A stretch of 64,000 nt of DNA from Octopus vulgaris (Eukaryota). The number at the start of each line of letters is the position of its first letter. Position 1 is the first letter of the stretch. The stretch covers positions 100,192,001-100,256,000 of the forward strand of contig OX597819.1 in the NCBI GenBank assembly GCA_951406725.2. Direction: 5' to 3'. Below the pieces are notes generated by a model that worked only from the letters and a program-made list of their open reading frames with translations, searched no databases and was not told the DNA's origin. The translations under genes and the position numbers were made by a program. Of this stretch, positions 28,686 through 40,720 are shown piece after piece.

Positions 28686-29118
28686 GTTGAAAATAGACAT
28701 ATTTCTATGGGGGCGACATTACTAGTGGATATACTTGTTCGCTCTTCTATTTTACAGTATAGGGGAAGTATATCTGTAATTTTTTATTTTTGGTCTGTAT
28801 TTTATTCTGGCTTATATCTTACAATAGACGGAGTAAGTTTTTTTTTTATTTTTGATATGGGTTTATATTTTTGGATAAATGATGTTGTACGCGGCTGTTT
28901 AGGGATGTGGAATTGCTATTCTATTTATATTTAAATGAGTATAAATGTACATAATATCTTTGCTTAAAATTTATGGTAGATCTAATGTAGTAGCTATTGG
29001 AGTTATTTACTATGTTGTGAACGGTGCTTTGGTATATGTCGTTGAATCTTCTGCAATGGTCATGTAGCGGGCAGTCTGTTCCAGACCTGCAACTGCAGAT
29101 CATTATTCCTTTTCTCAT
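28682..29118 (-). pseudogene. Penelope-like element Cys-linker + GIY-YIG endonuclease relic
   Basis: CSCRSGTDCPLHDHC..DIYQSTV..YYIRST.NFKQRYYVHLYSF, then NSTSL and CRPHRN, fit the PLE pattern CxCRx4CPLxGxC..IYQATV..YIGxT..FKxRYxxHxxSF..CRH. Confidence 0.8.
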
Positions 29119-29171
29119 GTATTCTACGTCGTCATTTCATTCATCTATACCCTTCTAATTTTCCCTATTTA

Positions 29172-29225
29172 TCTCCGATGACGGAATACCCCGTACTCTG
29201 GCATATTCCAGAAACAGCTGTAAGG
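29172..29225 (+). ncRNA. Type I hammerhead with one core substitution
   Basis: tct-CCGATGA-c GGAATA(15 nt)TATTCC a-GAAA-CAG/CTG-TA-agg; palindromic stem III, GUA triplet. Confidence 0.7.
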
Positions 29226-29571
29226 CATCGAATTTTTCCAGTGATAAAAATATATATGACTTGAGATGTTTGCCTTGTCTTAACGCTTGTTGTGTTCTTT
29301 AACAAATACACACACACCCACACAGACACACATCATTTTTACAAGAAAAATTTGACAGTCATTGCCAAATTTACGCGTGGGTGCATTCAAGTGTATAACT
29401 ATGGCTACTAAATCGAAATTTCGCAGTAACTCACGACTTTTGAGGTTTAAAAATGAATAACTATACTAAACACGGAAAATGTACTGAATGATCTTAATGT
29501 TGCCATTTCTATAAGTAAGTAGATAAAAAAATTGCGAATCACGTGAACAGTGTCCTCCTTCCTCTGCCTCT

Positions 29572-29617
<46 letters not shown>

Positions 29618-29753
29618 GTGTATATATACAAGAGTAAACAAGAGATACAGAGAAAGGCTGAAACAAGGAAAATGACACTTATATTTGAATACTATACAAA
29701 TATTCTTTTAAAAAATATTTTCTTTTAATTTTTCTAAATTTAATTATTTAATT

Positions 29754-29797
29754 GTTACAGTTGAAAAGGTCTCAGTGACTGAAACCGGAACTGAAAT
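29754..29797 (+). ncRNA. Decayed minimal hammerhead relic
   Basis: acag-TTGAAAA-ggtc tcagt gact-GAAA-CC/GG-AA-ctg: topology retained, three core positions mutated. Confidence 0.45.
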
Positions 29798-29838
29798 GTT
29801 CTTTATAAAATTATTTCAGCATTTTCTATCCTGACTTG

Positions 29839-29936
<98 letters not shown>

Positions 29937-30004
29937 ATATATATATAAATGTTACATTTCTAAATTTCTCAGAGATCTATACAGTAGCAGCACGATAAAG
30001 TGAT

Positions 30005-30505
30005 AGTATGTTGTTATCTTAAAGTTACAGTCCCATGGAAGGGAGAAACATCGTTTTCAGTTGGCCATGACATATTTTCTGTGCCCGTATGTTTTCCAAG
30101 GGGAGATAAGCGCCTACACCCAGAAAAGCCAGCCTTCAGAAACTAGTTTACTAATTTCAGAGTCATTGCTTATCATAAGTCTGGAGTAGCATGGCTTGCT
30201 AGCTGTATAAATCTCTCTGAGAAAGGTAATATTTCTCTTTTCGAAATCAGTGAATGTATATCACTTGAAATATATATGTTTTCAAAGGCGAATAGGCATC
30301 GACAACTAGCAGATTGATGATGAGCAATGACTTTGAAACTAGTCACTGAAGGCTGGCATTGTTGAGTAGAGATGCTTATCTCCCCTTTAACAACATAAGG
30401 ACACAGAAAATGTGTAATGGCCAACTGGAGACGGTGTTCCTCGGGCTAAATATCAGTAGTACTCTTCCCTTTCGTGGGACTGTCACATTAAATTGACAAA
30501 ATACC
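30005..30505. repeat. Diverged long inverted repeat (fold-back element) between (TA)n tracts
   Basis: acagtcccatggaaggga..cagttggcca..attttctgtg..aggggagataagc..gccagccttcag is mirrored at 30330-30490. Confidence 0.8.
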
Positions 30506-30508
30506 ATC

Positions 30509-30545
<37 letters not shown>

Positions 30546-31697
30546 TTCCTGGCGAATAGAACACAACATGTTGTAGTTGATGGAGTCCACTCAAGCCCAG
30601 CATAAGTCACCAGCGATGTCCCTCAGGGGACTGTCTTGGGCCCGCTACTCTTTATAATTTACATAATCGACCTTTCCAGTGTCGTACACTACTGCAAAGT
30701 GAAAATATTTGCTGATGACACTAAGTTCCAGCAAATCATCAATGAAGAAGCAGACCGAACTCAACTCCAGTCTGATCTATATGCTGTGAGTCAATGGGCA
30801 GACAGAAACAAAATGCAACTGAACGGGGGAAAATTTGAGCTGATGCATTTTGGAAGAAATTCCTCACTAAAACAGCCATACTCTCTTCCTTCAGGGGAAC
30901 CGCTCACAGCCTCTAACAATATCAGAGACCTGGGTGTAATTATTGATGACAATCTCAGTTGGAGTGCACACATCAACAAGAAGGTCGATATAGCTCGTAG
31001 GATGAGTTCCTGGATCTTAAGAACTTTCCGGTCCAGAGAACAAGGTGTCATGATACCACTTTTCTCCTCCTTTGTACGGCCGCACCTCGAATACTGCTGC
31101 CCACTGTGGTCTACCCATACAAGACAAAACATCTCGAGGATTGAATCACCCCAGAGGGCACTCACTAAACGAATTGATATCATGGCTGCTCTCAATTATT
31201 GGGACCGCCTTAAAGCCTTGAAACTCTACTCTCTCCAGCGTCGCCGTCAGCAGTACATCATTTGAACGATGTGGAGAATATACCACTAACTTTGCCCAAA
31301 CGACCTGAACATTAGCTTCAAGGTTCATCCAAGACTGGGACCACGGGCCATACGTCCCCTGCCCAATTCAAGATCACAGTATATATGTACACTGCAACAT
31401 AATTTCTTTTCCTCAACAGGCCCTGCCCTATTTAACATTGTCCCGAAAGAGATCAAAGAAAAAGGGATCCCATCAACTTTAAACGGAGTCTGGATAGATT
31501 CCTTCAAGGATACCAGATAAGCCACTCATAATTGGATACAACTCACCCAACAAAAACTCACTACTTGAATGGATCATAAACAAAACCTGACTTAAACAGG
31601 ATTTAAATAATCCTATCAGGTGGTGCTATTAAGTTAGACATGGCCTGGACCAATATTTGGTCGAAACATATCTAAGTTTATCTAAGTCTAAGTTTAT
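30546..31697 (+). mobile_element. CR1-clade LINE 3' fragment (RT motifs 4-7 and thumb) with short tandem tail
   Basis: VPQGTVLGPLLFIIYI, KIFADDTK, IRDLGVII, RPHLEYCCPLWS, LKLYSLQRRR; tail tctaagttta/tctaagtcta. Confidence 0.92.
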
Positions 31698-31700
31698 ATC

Positions 31701-31783
<83 letters not shown>

Positions 31784-31801
31784 ATATATATATACACATA
31801 C

Positions 31802-31850
<49 letters not shown>

Positions 31851-31989
31851 GGCGGTGACCCAGCATGGCCACAGCTCATAAGCTGAAACTAGAATCAATC
31901 AATCAATCATATATATATATACATATATATACATATATATATATGCATACACAATACACACACATCTTTAAATTGATACGGCTTTAAAC

Positions 31990-32525
31990 CTTCGGTCATG
32001 CTTGGACATCACTCTTTGCTATGCTATACCTTCATTATTAGAAACTTGCTCTGGTATGTGGGACTCAGTAAATGAAGGAGTTTGATGTTACTGCCCTCAC
32101 TTGTTTTCTGCCGTGAGGTAGGCTCAGTAGGTACCAAAGACAAGAAGTGATCCAGTTTCATTGTGAAGACACCTATATCCACACCTTGCGGGTCTCTCAG
32201 GCATTTTGGAAGGATATTGAAGAGCTGTGGGCCATAGAAGCCCAAGCTGTTGCAGTACTTAGTCCTGTACTTTGATGGTGATGGTGGGATGTTTGGCACT
32301 ATGTAGTGGCGCCCCGTTATGATATTTGTGCAACTTACAATGCCAAAGGCTGGTGCAAGAACTTCCAGGGTTTTCCAGATGTATATCACTGCATATCTTT
32401 CCTGCTGTCGTTTTAGGGAGAGAGCCTTATATCTTTCAGCCTTTCCCAGTAGGTGAGGTAATTTTCTTTGTGCAGTTTCGTTGGATTGCTTGGGGTATCA
32501 CCGTTAATTTTATACTGTGGTGACC
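31990..32525 (-). mobile_element. Second CR1-like LINE 3' fragment (different family)
   Basis: LTYWERLK, YIWKTLE, GPQLFNILPKCLRD, KLDHFLSLVP. Confidence 0.8.
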
Positions 32526-32571
32526 ATATACATACATACATACATACACACATAGATATGTATATATATGT

Positions 32572-32625
<54 letters not shown>

Positions 32626-32744
32626 ATGTGTGTGTATGTGTGTACATATATGTATATATACACACATACAGAGTATATATATGTGTGTGTGTGTATATAT
32701 ATATATGTATATGTATGGCAACTATGCACATGTACGTATACACA

Positions 32745-32785
<41 letters not shown>

Positions 32786-33118
32786 ACACACATATATATA
32801 TATATATTTAGTTATATATACATTTCAGAAGTGTGTCTTGTGTATGTGTCTGTGTGCGGGTGCGTGCGTGTGTATATTTCCATGTGTTTGTGTGCGCGAG
32901 TGTTTGCGGGTATGTAGTCACGTTGTTTGCATGGCCTTAAGTGTTCTTGGCAGATTTGGTATGCAATCAGCGTTGATTAAACATGAAAAATAGCATAACT
33001 TAGCCGTCACCTTCGGAGGAAGGAATATGATAAATAGACGTAAGCAATGCCAGACTGAAGCGTTGAGTGTTGAACAGCTCCGCTGGACTATAATGAGCTA
33101 TATGTCAATATATATATG

Positions 33119-33176
<58 letters not shown>

Positions 33177-33190
33177 AATATATATATGTG

Positions 33191-33234
<44 letters not shown>

Positions 33235-33450
33235 TAGGCACATAGCTACACGCCATGAAATGCTTATACGGAGATATATTACAAATATATATATATATAT
33301 GCACGCAGTCAGACATAGAGATATAAAAACACATTTATATATACATCTATATGCATGCACACACACACACACACATTTACACGCATCCACACATACGTCC
33401 GAGCGTGCATATACATACCAAACATACTTTTACTTATACGTTCATACGTA

Positions 33451-33498
<48 letters not shown>

Positions 33499-34210
33499 CA
33501 TACATACATACATACATACATACATACATACATACATACATAATAAAATGAGGTTCCAGGTAGAATCAAGTACTTGAAAAGGTATGCACCATGTAGGGTT
33601 GGGTAGTCTCTGTAGTTCCGGCCGATATATATTCATATATACGTACACATACTTATATATGCATATCTGTATGCATATATGTGCGTGTGCGTGCGTGTGT
33701 ATTTATATATGAGTGGGTGTATGCATGTGTGCGTGTGTCTTTGCGTGTGTGTGTGTGTGTGTGTATGAGTGAGTTTATAAGCTCCATAGCAACAGAAGCA
33801 GTATTAATACCAGAAGGTAGTATTTATCTCCCACTTTACGTGTAAGCTTTGTTAAAACTGAATTCCGCGTTATTTACTATGAAAGGACGTCTCATACGGA
33901 AACGTGGTGCTTACAAGCACTCGTGTTTATATTATTGAAGGGCGATAACCGCCTGCCAAGTCCGCTGCATCACCCGCCGCAATAGCAGCCAGATCATGTC
34001 ATTTCGCCCTATTTTGGGTTTATGAATGACAGACATCCAGCGCACTTATAGCATCCGTTTCCTCCGTCAAAGATAAATAGAACATCAGTGTCTATTCCGG
34101 CAATGGTGATGCAAATAACCTATGGACTTATCAAAAACTAATTCATAGTGACAGAAGTAGTATTAATATCAAAAAATAGCATCTATCTCAAATGGTAAAT
34201 AATGCATTGC

Positions 34211-34483
<273 letters not shown>

Positions 34484-34485
<2 letters not shown>

Positions 34486-34853
34486 ATCTGGAAATTGAGG
34501 GGGCCACTCCATGAGATGTAGCTCACTACTACGCTCTTATGCCAATTCTTAATCACATGAAAGGTGTGTACTGGAGCATTCTCATCTTGAAAGCTGCACT
34601 CACCATCAGGGAATAATGTCTGGACCATGGGAAGATAATCATTGCTGTTGATCCTAGCATGCAGGGCAACGATTGAACCTAGAGAATTCCAAGAAATGGT
34701 TGCCGAAACCATTAGAGACCCTTCTACGTGCTTCGCTGAAGGAAGAAGGCAGTCAGGATTAAAAGCTTCCCTTGGCTGCCTTCACACAAAAACTCGCCCT
34801 GCAGTGAGGAAAAGAGAAAAACTGGACTCATCGGAGAATATTACATACTTCCG
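34484..34853 (-). pseudogene. Tc1-family (DD34E-type) transposase fragment
   Basis: [38 protein letters not shown]. Confidence 0.9.
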
Positions 34854-34895
34854 ACTATACACGAGACGTCCGCATGCGGACGTCTCGTGTATAGT
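34854..34895. repeat. Perfect 42-bp palindrome
   Basis: actatacacgagacgtccgca|tgcggacgtctcgtgtatagt. Confidence 0.97.
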
Positions 34896-34921
34896 TCTGC
34901 AAATTATATTTTGCTATGACG

Positions 34922-34993
34922 ATCACACTGATGAATTGAGGACATTTACGCAAGTAATTACGTAAGTGGTAACAATGAAACCGGATTTGTGAT
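34922..34993 (+). ncRNA. Type I hammerhead, one extra base before the cleavage site
   Basis: ATCACA-CTGATGA-ATTG..atttacg..cgtaagt..CAAT-GAAA-CC/GG-aTT-TGTGAT. Confidence 0.72.
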
Positions 34994-35247
34994 TAATCTT
35001 TATATTTTGCATCTTTTCATTTGTCTTGCTCGCTTACGTTCTGGCGTTTGTAGAATTTTCTAGAAAACAATATTTTCTTAGTGGTAAGACCATAGGGGGT
35101 CTACTTCCAGCATAATGGATGTCCACTTAATGGCCATCCCTCTTATATGTATGTAATATAATTTTTCCTTATCTTCAGATTTTTCAATATGCTAGGCCAC
35201 TGGTTTTAAATTGATATTAATCAAATGAATATTCAATTTTTCAACCT

Positions 35248-35301
<54 letters not shown>

Positions 35302-35307
<6 letters not shown>

Positions 35308-35500
35308 TTTATAGAAGGAGTTTCTACAGGACTAGAATTGTTTCATTCAAAAGAAATCATCAGGAAGAGCTTCCTGATGATTTCTTTTGAATGAAACAGT
35401 TCTAGTCCTGTAGAAGCTCCTTCTATAAAATAAATTAATTTACTCTGCTATGTATTGAGTACCTTATTTACTGTGGTTAACCCCGACTCAACCCGGGACC

Positions 35501-35503
<3 letters not shown>
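35302..35503 (+). mobile_element. Palindromic HHR mini-element inserted in (TA)n
   Basis: 134-bp near-perfect palindrome 35302-35435 plus a ~68-bp unique tail ending cccgggacctac; (TA)n on both sides. Confidence 0.92.
35367..35419 (+). ncRNA. Type I hammerhead (mirror copy on the minus strand ~35318-35367)
   Basis: GAGCTTC-CTGATGA-tTTC tttt GAAt-GAAA-CAG ttctagtc CTG-TA-GAAGCTC; GUA triplet ending at 35412. Confidence 0.87.
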
Positions 35504-35553
<50 letters not shown>

Positions 35554-35564
35554 TTTAATATTTG

Positions 35565-35950
35565 TTCATTTATATGTTCATTTGACTGTGGCCATGCTGG
35601 AGCACCGACATAAAGGCTTTTAGCCTTTAAGAAATTGATTCCAAGACTTATTCTTTGTAAACCTAGTACTTATGTTATCAATCTCTTTATGCCGAAACGC
35701 TAAGTTCCGGGGACATAAACACACCAACATCGGGTGTGAAGCGATAGTAGAGAGACAAGCACTGACACAAAGACACGCACACACATAAACACATATACAT
35801 ATACGACGTGCTTCTTTCAGTTTCTGTCTAGCAAAACTAGTCACAAAGATTCGGTCGGTCCGAGGCTATTGAATAGACTAGGCCAAGGTGACACGCAGTT
35901 GGACTGAACCCATGTAGCGGGAAAGCAAGATTCTTACCACACAGCCACAC
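35565..35950 (-). mobile_element. tRNA-derived SINE (family A), diverged
   Basis: catttgactgtggccatgctggagcacc tail and cttaccacacagccac head. Confidence 0.85.
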
Positions 35951-36919
35951 ACATACACACAAGCATATGCACAGACACTCACAAACACACAGACACATGC
36001 ACACACACACATATAATTCTTAGACAAAAATATTATTGAGAATGACTTCGAAACTTCGGTGACTTTTCGAAATCACTGTCCCGCTATAGAGTCCGATATA
36101 GTGCCCGCTATAGGACCCGCTATTGGGGCCTCATGTTATATCGCGTCTAAGAAATTCAAGAAAAATATTTCGTTTAGGATGTTTAAACAGCCTGAAGAAA
36201 GTCGTTTGCAATTAAAACGTATTAAGTGAATTTTCTTAACCAGGAATTCAATCCATATCACATTTAGGTATATCCAGCATTCTGATATTACACTATCGTA
36301 TATATATGCATGCATGGTTTATGTATGTATGTATGTATGTATGTATGTATGTATGTATGTATGTATGTATGTATGTAGGTAGGTAGGTAGGTAGGTATGT
36401 ACGTATATAAATACATTCATCCAAGAACTGCTACAGAAGAGGGTGATGGAATATCCGGGGCTTAGCAAGAGAGACATATCCAGATATGCTATTCTCATGA
36501 TATACTTGCTGCCACAAAGATCCTTTTCGAGGAGTATGTGATATTGAAAAGCACAATAAAATTTATCTATACTCAGAGAACATGAAAATCACGCGTGGGT
36601 AAACATTCAAAGATATACACGCAGAAAAATATGATCAGATAAAGAAACTTACTCTCCCGACACCCATTTACATATATTCATACCAACAAACACGTTAATG
36701 TTCACATTAGAACAGGATATCAATAGTCAGCTAAATGTAAATTTTATTTGGTTTCTAACATCCTGATCGTCTGCTTACGTTTGTTTCTCATGCTTTGTGT
36801 AATATGTAATATTAGAATGCTGGATACACCTAAATGTGATACGGGTTAAATTACGGATTTAGAAAATACACTAAATACCTATATATAGTAGAAATATGTT
36901 ACGAAAAGAAAATATAAAA

Positions 36920-37211
36920 TACACGTGGAAATATAAGGGTAATATATGAAAAATCAACGAAAATACATATTGCAAATAGAAAAAGGCTATTTATGACAGG
37001 TAGCGACAAATATATACATTTAGATTGACTGAGGTAGTAATACGAGTCATAAAGGTCATTATAATACGAGTCATAAAGGTTATTATAATGACCTTTATGA
37101 CTCGTATTACTACCTCAGTCAATCTAAATGTATATATTTGTCGCTACCTGTCATAAATAACCTTTTTCTATTTGCAATATGCATTTTCGTTGATTTTTCA
37201 TATTTTACGTA

Positions 37212-37212
<1 letters not shown>
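36920..37212. repeat. Near-perfect fold-back (arms ~120 bp) with a 24-nt tandem duplication at its centre
   Basis: 36944-37061 mirrors 37083-37203; taatacgagtcataaaggtYatta occurs twice. Confidence 0.92.
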
Positions 37213-37277
<65 letters not shown>

Positions 37278-37324
37278 TAAATATTTGTTGTGCAAGATTT
37301 TTTATGTGAAGTCGTGTGTTGAAA

Positions 37325-37500
37325 CAGATATTGTTATATTTCGGAATGGTCATATTGCCATTTTAGCCAATAAAAACACACGCACTATATATTTGGTGTT
37401 ATTTTGCTTCAATGATATTTATTTTTTACATTAATCTTAATCTTATTTCGGCCAGAGTTCTTTCGTCACACTCCTGTGACCGCATCAGTGGTCCTTTGTT
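37325..37500 (-). mobile_element. HHR-bearing repeat family copy 1 (others at 55105 and 59880); HHR-like motif 37450-37494
   Basis: Minus strand: cca-CTGATGC-g GTCAC aggagt GTGAC-GAAA-g aa c-TC-tgg, then aatatatagtgcgtgtg...gaccattccgaaatataaca. Confidence 0.7.
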
Positions 37501-37584
37501 TTCTTCTCACTTATTTGTGTCTCTCCTTACTAACCGTCAGCCATTTTGTATTTCTATTGTATGTCTTCATTTGCGCATGCTTAT

Positions 37585-38152
37585 GTGTGGTATGTCTCTA
37601 GTGAGGATGACGTCACACCGCCCAGCATATTTGAAGAGGTCTTGAGGCTCAATTCAGATGGCTATGTGACGCTGATAAAGACTGAGATCAAACGCTGACT
37701 GGAAAGGGTTGCTGCTGGAGGGCAATATGTGTACCAGCAAGATTCGGCTCCTTGCCATACCGATAGAGAGAATTAGAAGCGTTTTTGAATAATTTCTTCG
37801 ACTTCACCAGCTCCTATTTTCGTGCTCTTAATTCCTTCAATTGTAATCACTTGGATTAGTATGTGTGGGATGCGGTTGGTAAAACTACATGCAATGAAAG
37901 TGGTTTCTGTAAAAATCGCGCCACAATGATTATCACGTGTACCACTATCCGGAGTCGGGTTCAGGCTTTCACAGAATCTGAGGGTGGCTACTTTCAGTAA
38001 ACTGTTATCTCCCAGTCATAATTTTCTTGATATACTTTGAATTTTTAATAATACATTTATATCTGCTTGGGTTATTCCGCTTGACTTCGTTACAAGAATT
38101 TTGTGCTTTCATTTCCTTTTTCGTAACCGTCAAATTTAGTCGGAACACCCTG
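37585..38152 (+). pseudogene. Mariner-like (maT/DD37D-type) transposase 3' relic with terminal repeat
   Basis: SSEDDVTPPSIFEEVLRLNSDGYV, QYVYQQDSAPCHT, decayed NSPDCNPLDYYVW; ends ggaacaccctgt. Confidence 0.8.
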
Positions 38153-38237
38153 TGTATTTGACTAATAAAATATATGTATATACAATTACATACATGAGCA
38201 TTTACAGACATACACACATAACAACGTATGTGTATGA

Positions 38238-38284
<47 letters not shown>

Positions 38285-39344
38285 GTCTGTGTGCATGTGT
38301 GTGTGTATATGATCATGCACATGTACAAATACATAAATATCACACAAGCACAGATATGCACGTACACACGTAAATGACGGTACGTGTATATCAGTGTATG
38401 GTGGTGTGATGTATCTTGCCTAAATCTTGGAAATTAGTATATAAAATATATTCTGTGAAGCGAGTGGGTGGCTGGACCAGTAGTAAGGCTATTTTCGTGT
38501 TTCCTCTGACGTCACCATCGTTAATATCTTCATCGTAATCATTTCTGTTGTTGCTGTGGTTTTTTTTATAATGGCAGTTGTTATGGCGATATATATGATT
38601 TCGTTTATCATTTGGTGCTGCTTTGTTTGTTTTTAGTTTTCGTTATTTACGCTATTGTAGTTGACAATGTAGCTGTTGTGTTCATGTTTGTCTGTGTGTG
38701 CGTGTGTTCCTCTTTCCAAAAACATAAAAGCGTACATTAACACAATATGATCTCTGACGTGCTCCTTGACAACACATACGTACATACATCTATTTAACAC
38801 TATCCTGAACCCTCCTCTTCAATCTTAGCTATTCTTACGCTTTCAGCTGTAAACAGCGTTCTATAATTGTATACGTTTCCATTCAATCCTTTTCCATTTT
38901 ATAATTCACCATGATCTTTCCTTATAAATAATACTGCTTTACCTTTAACTTCTATGTTTTCATTATAACTTTTCTTTCCTTCTTTTTAGTTTCTAGACGA
39001 AAGACCATTGCCCGAAACATCGTGGTCCTCTCTTCTTATAACTAATAATCTAATCCTTTACTAAATTGAGGAAAAAGTTCGTGCACCGTATTAAAATAAT
39101 GAACTGAAAGAAAACACACAACACAAAAATATTTTTAAAAAAGAAGCATTATTTTAACATGGCGCACAAACTTTTTCCTCTACCTAATGGTTTGTAGATT
39201 TATTCGCAATTTTGCCTCGATTCTTTTTGGATATTCCGTAGACTATACTCACGTGGACCAAATAGATTGTGTCTGGATTTATATCGTGTAGGTAACTGTA
39301 GGTATCTGTGCATATGTGAAAGGAATATGTCTAAATTTAAGTGA

Positions 39345-39508
39345 ATGTGGCTGTGTGGTAAGTAGCTTGCTAACCAACCACATGGTTTCGGGTTCAGTCC
39401 CACTGCGTGGCATCTTGGGCAAGTGTCTTCTGCTGTAGCCCCGGGCCGACCAATGCCTTGTGAGTGGATTTGGTAGACGGAAACTGAAAGAAGCCTGTCG
39501 TGTTTATG

Positions 39509-39543
<35 letters not shown>

Positions 39544-39752
39544 TTGTGTGTCTGTGTTTGTCCCCCTAGCATTGCTTGACAACCGATGCTGGTGTGTTTA
39601 TGTCCCGGTTACTTAGCGGTTTGGCAAAAGAGACCGATAGAATAAGTATTGGGCTTTCAAAAGAATAAATCCCGGGGTCGAGTTGCTCGATTAAAGGCGG
39701 TGCTCCAGCATGGCCGCAGTCAAATGACTGAAACAAGTAAAAGAGTAAAAGA
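39345..39752 (+). mobile_element. tRNA-derived SINE (family A), full length
   Basis: ggctgtgtggtaagtagcttgct...gggttcagtccc head, central (TA/TG)n, tail ...gactgaaacaagtaaaagagtaaaaga. Confidence 0.92.
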
Positions 39753-40149
39753 ATATATGTAGGTGTACCTGCGATTATGAATACAAAACTGACAACAGAA
39801 AAATGACAGGGAGAAAAAAACTTGGTATGGATATCACAAATTAGAAACAGATTAAACCTGTCTTTGGAAGGAGGAAATTGTAGAATCGATTTAAAAAACT
39901 TAGAATAATTGAAAAATACACGTATTGTCGTGCATCAAGCCATAATAGAAACAGTCGGAAGTGAAGGAGAAACATAGAAGTCTCACAAACACCTAATAGT
40001 GGGCACATACACACACTTGATGCATGTGCCCTCTGTTAGGTATATATGAGCGTACTCATTATTTACTTTGGTTCACGGTTCGGCATCTTTGTGTTAATGT
40101 ATTTGTTGTTGGGGTATGTGTCTATAAATGTGATTGTTCGCTCGAAAAG

Positions 40150-40720
40150 GGATCCCGAAATGTTCTTTTTACGTCGATAAGTGATTACTATTCTCTGATG
40201 TTTCGTTCATTAGTACTGTCGGGTGGTTTATGACATAATATTCTTCAGTCAAATATAATTCACTGCATTTTGTAGTACTATTTACATGGTAGCTTTGTCC
40301 AAGGTAAACTATGTAATATCGTTAGACTCAGCACTACCTAGCGATGCAGTGTGTCCTTTTGACTGTTTTCGTGAGATCATATGTACATATATTGTGCTTA
40401 TAATTAGGTTATCTGTTCACGCGAGCTGAAACACTTTGTTAGTACATTCCTGCAGTGGTGATCTAGTTCACCGTGTATTAACGCATTGTTTAGCCAAAGT
40501 CATTCTGCAGTATTGCCACAATTACAGATAGGTTCATTTTGGTTTCTATTGTTTTTAATGATCCTGACCTTTTAGATAGGAAATCTATTTTCTTTATCTA
40601 GACGTTAGAGAATAGCTAGCCTGAATACTGGTCCGATTGAATATCACCGGAAAATTGTTTTGCAGGGAGAATATCTTTTGTAGGTGAAAATCGTTGCCAC
40701 AGTAATTCACGAGAACGACA
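40150..40720 (-). pseudogene. Penelope-like element RT-thumb/linker + GIY-YIG relic
   Basis: Minus-strand IFNRTSIQASYS, ICNCGNT..KQC, LDKA, KCSELYLTEEYYVI fit the PLE motifs IFNRNTxKxSYS, CNC..CPL..C, KRCxLCLxEK. Confidence 0.65.

Noticed and set aside
36075-36130. Four ~12-bp cccgctatag repeats
   Set aside because: Simple minisatellite with no unique spacers; not CRISPR-like.
36420-36740. Possible PLE coding relic (LREHENH)
   Set aside because: Too degenerate to support by eye.
38990-39030. HHR-like tagacgaaagaccattgcccgaaacatcgtggtc
   Set aside because: Core and stems are too mismatched.
40195-40255. CTGAAGA...GAAAC on the minus strand
   Set aside because: Stems do not pair, and the motif falls inside the PLE coding relic (LTEE).
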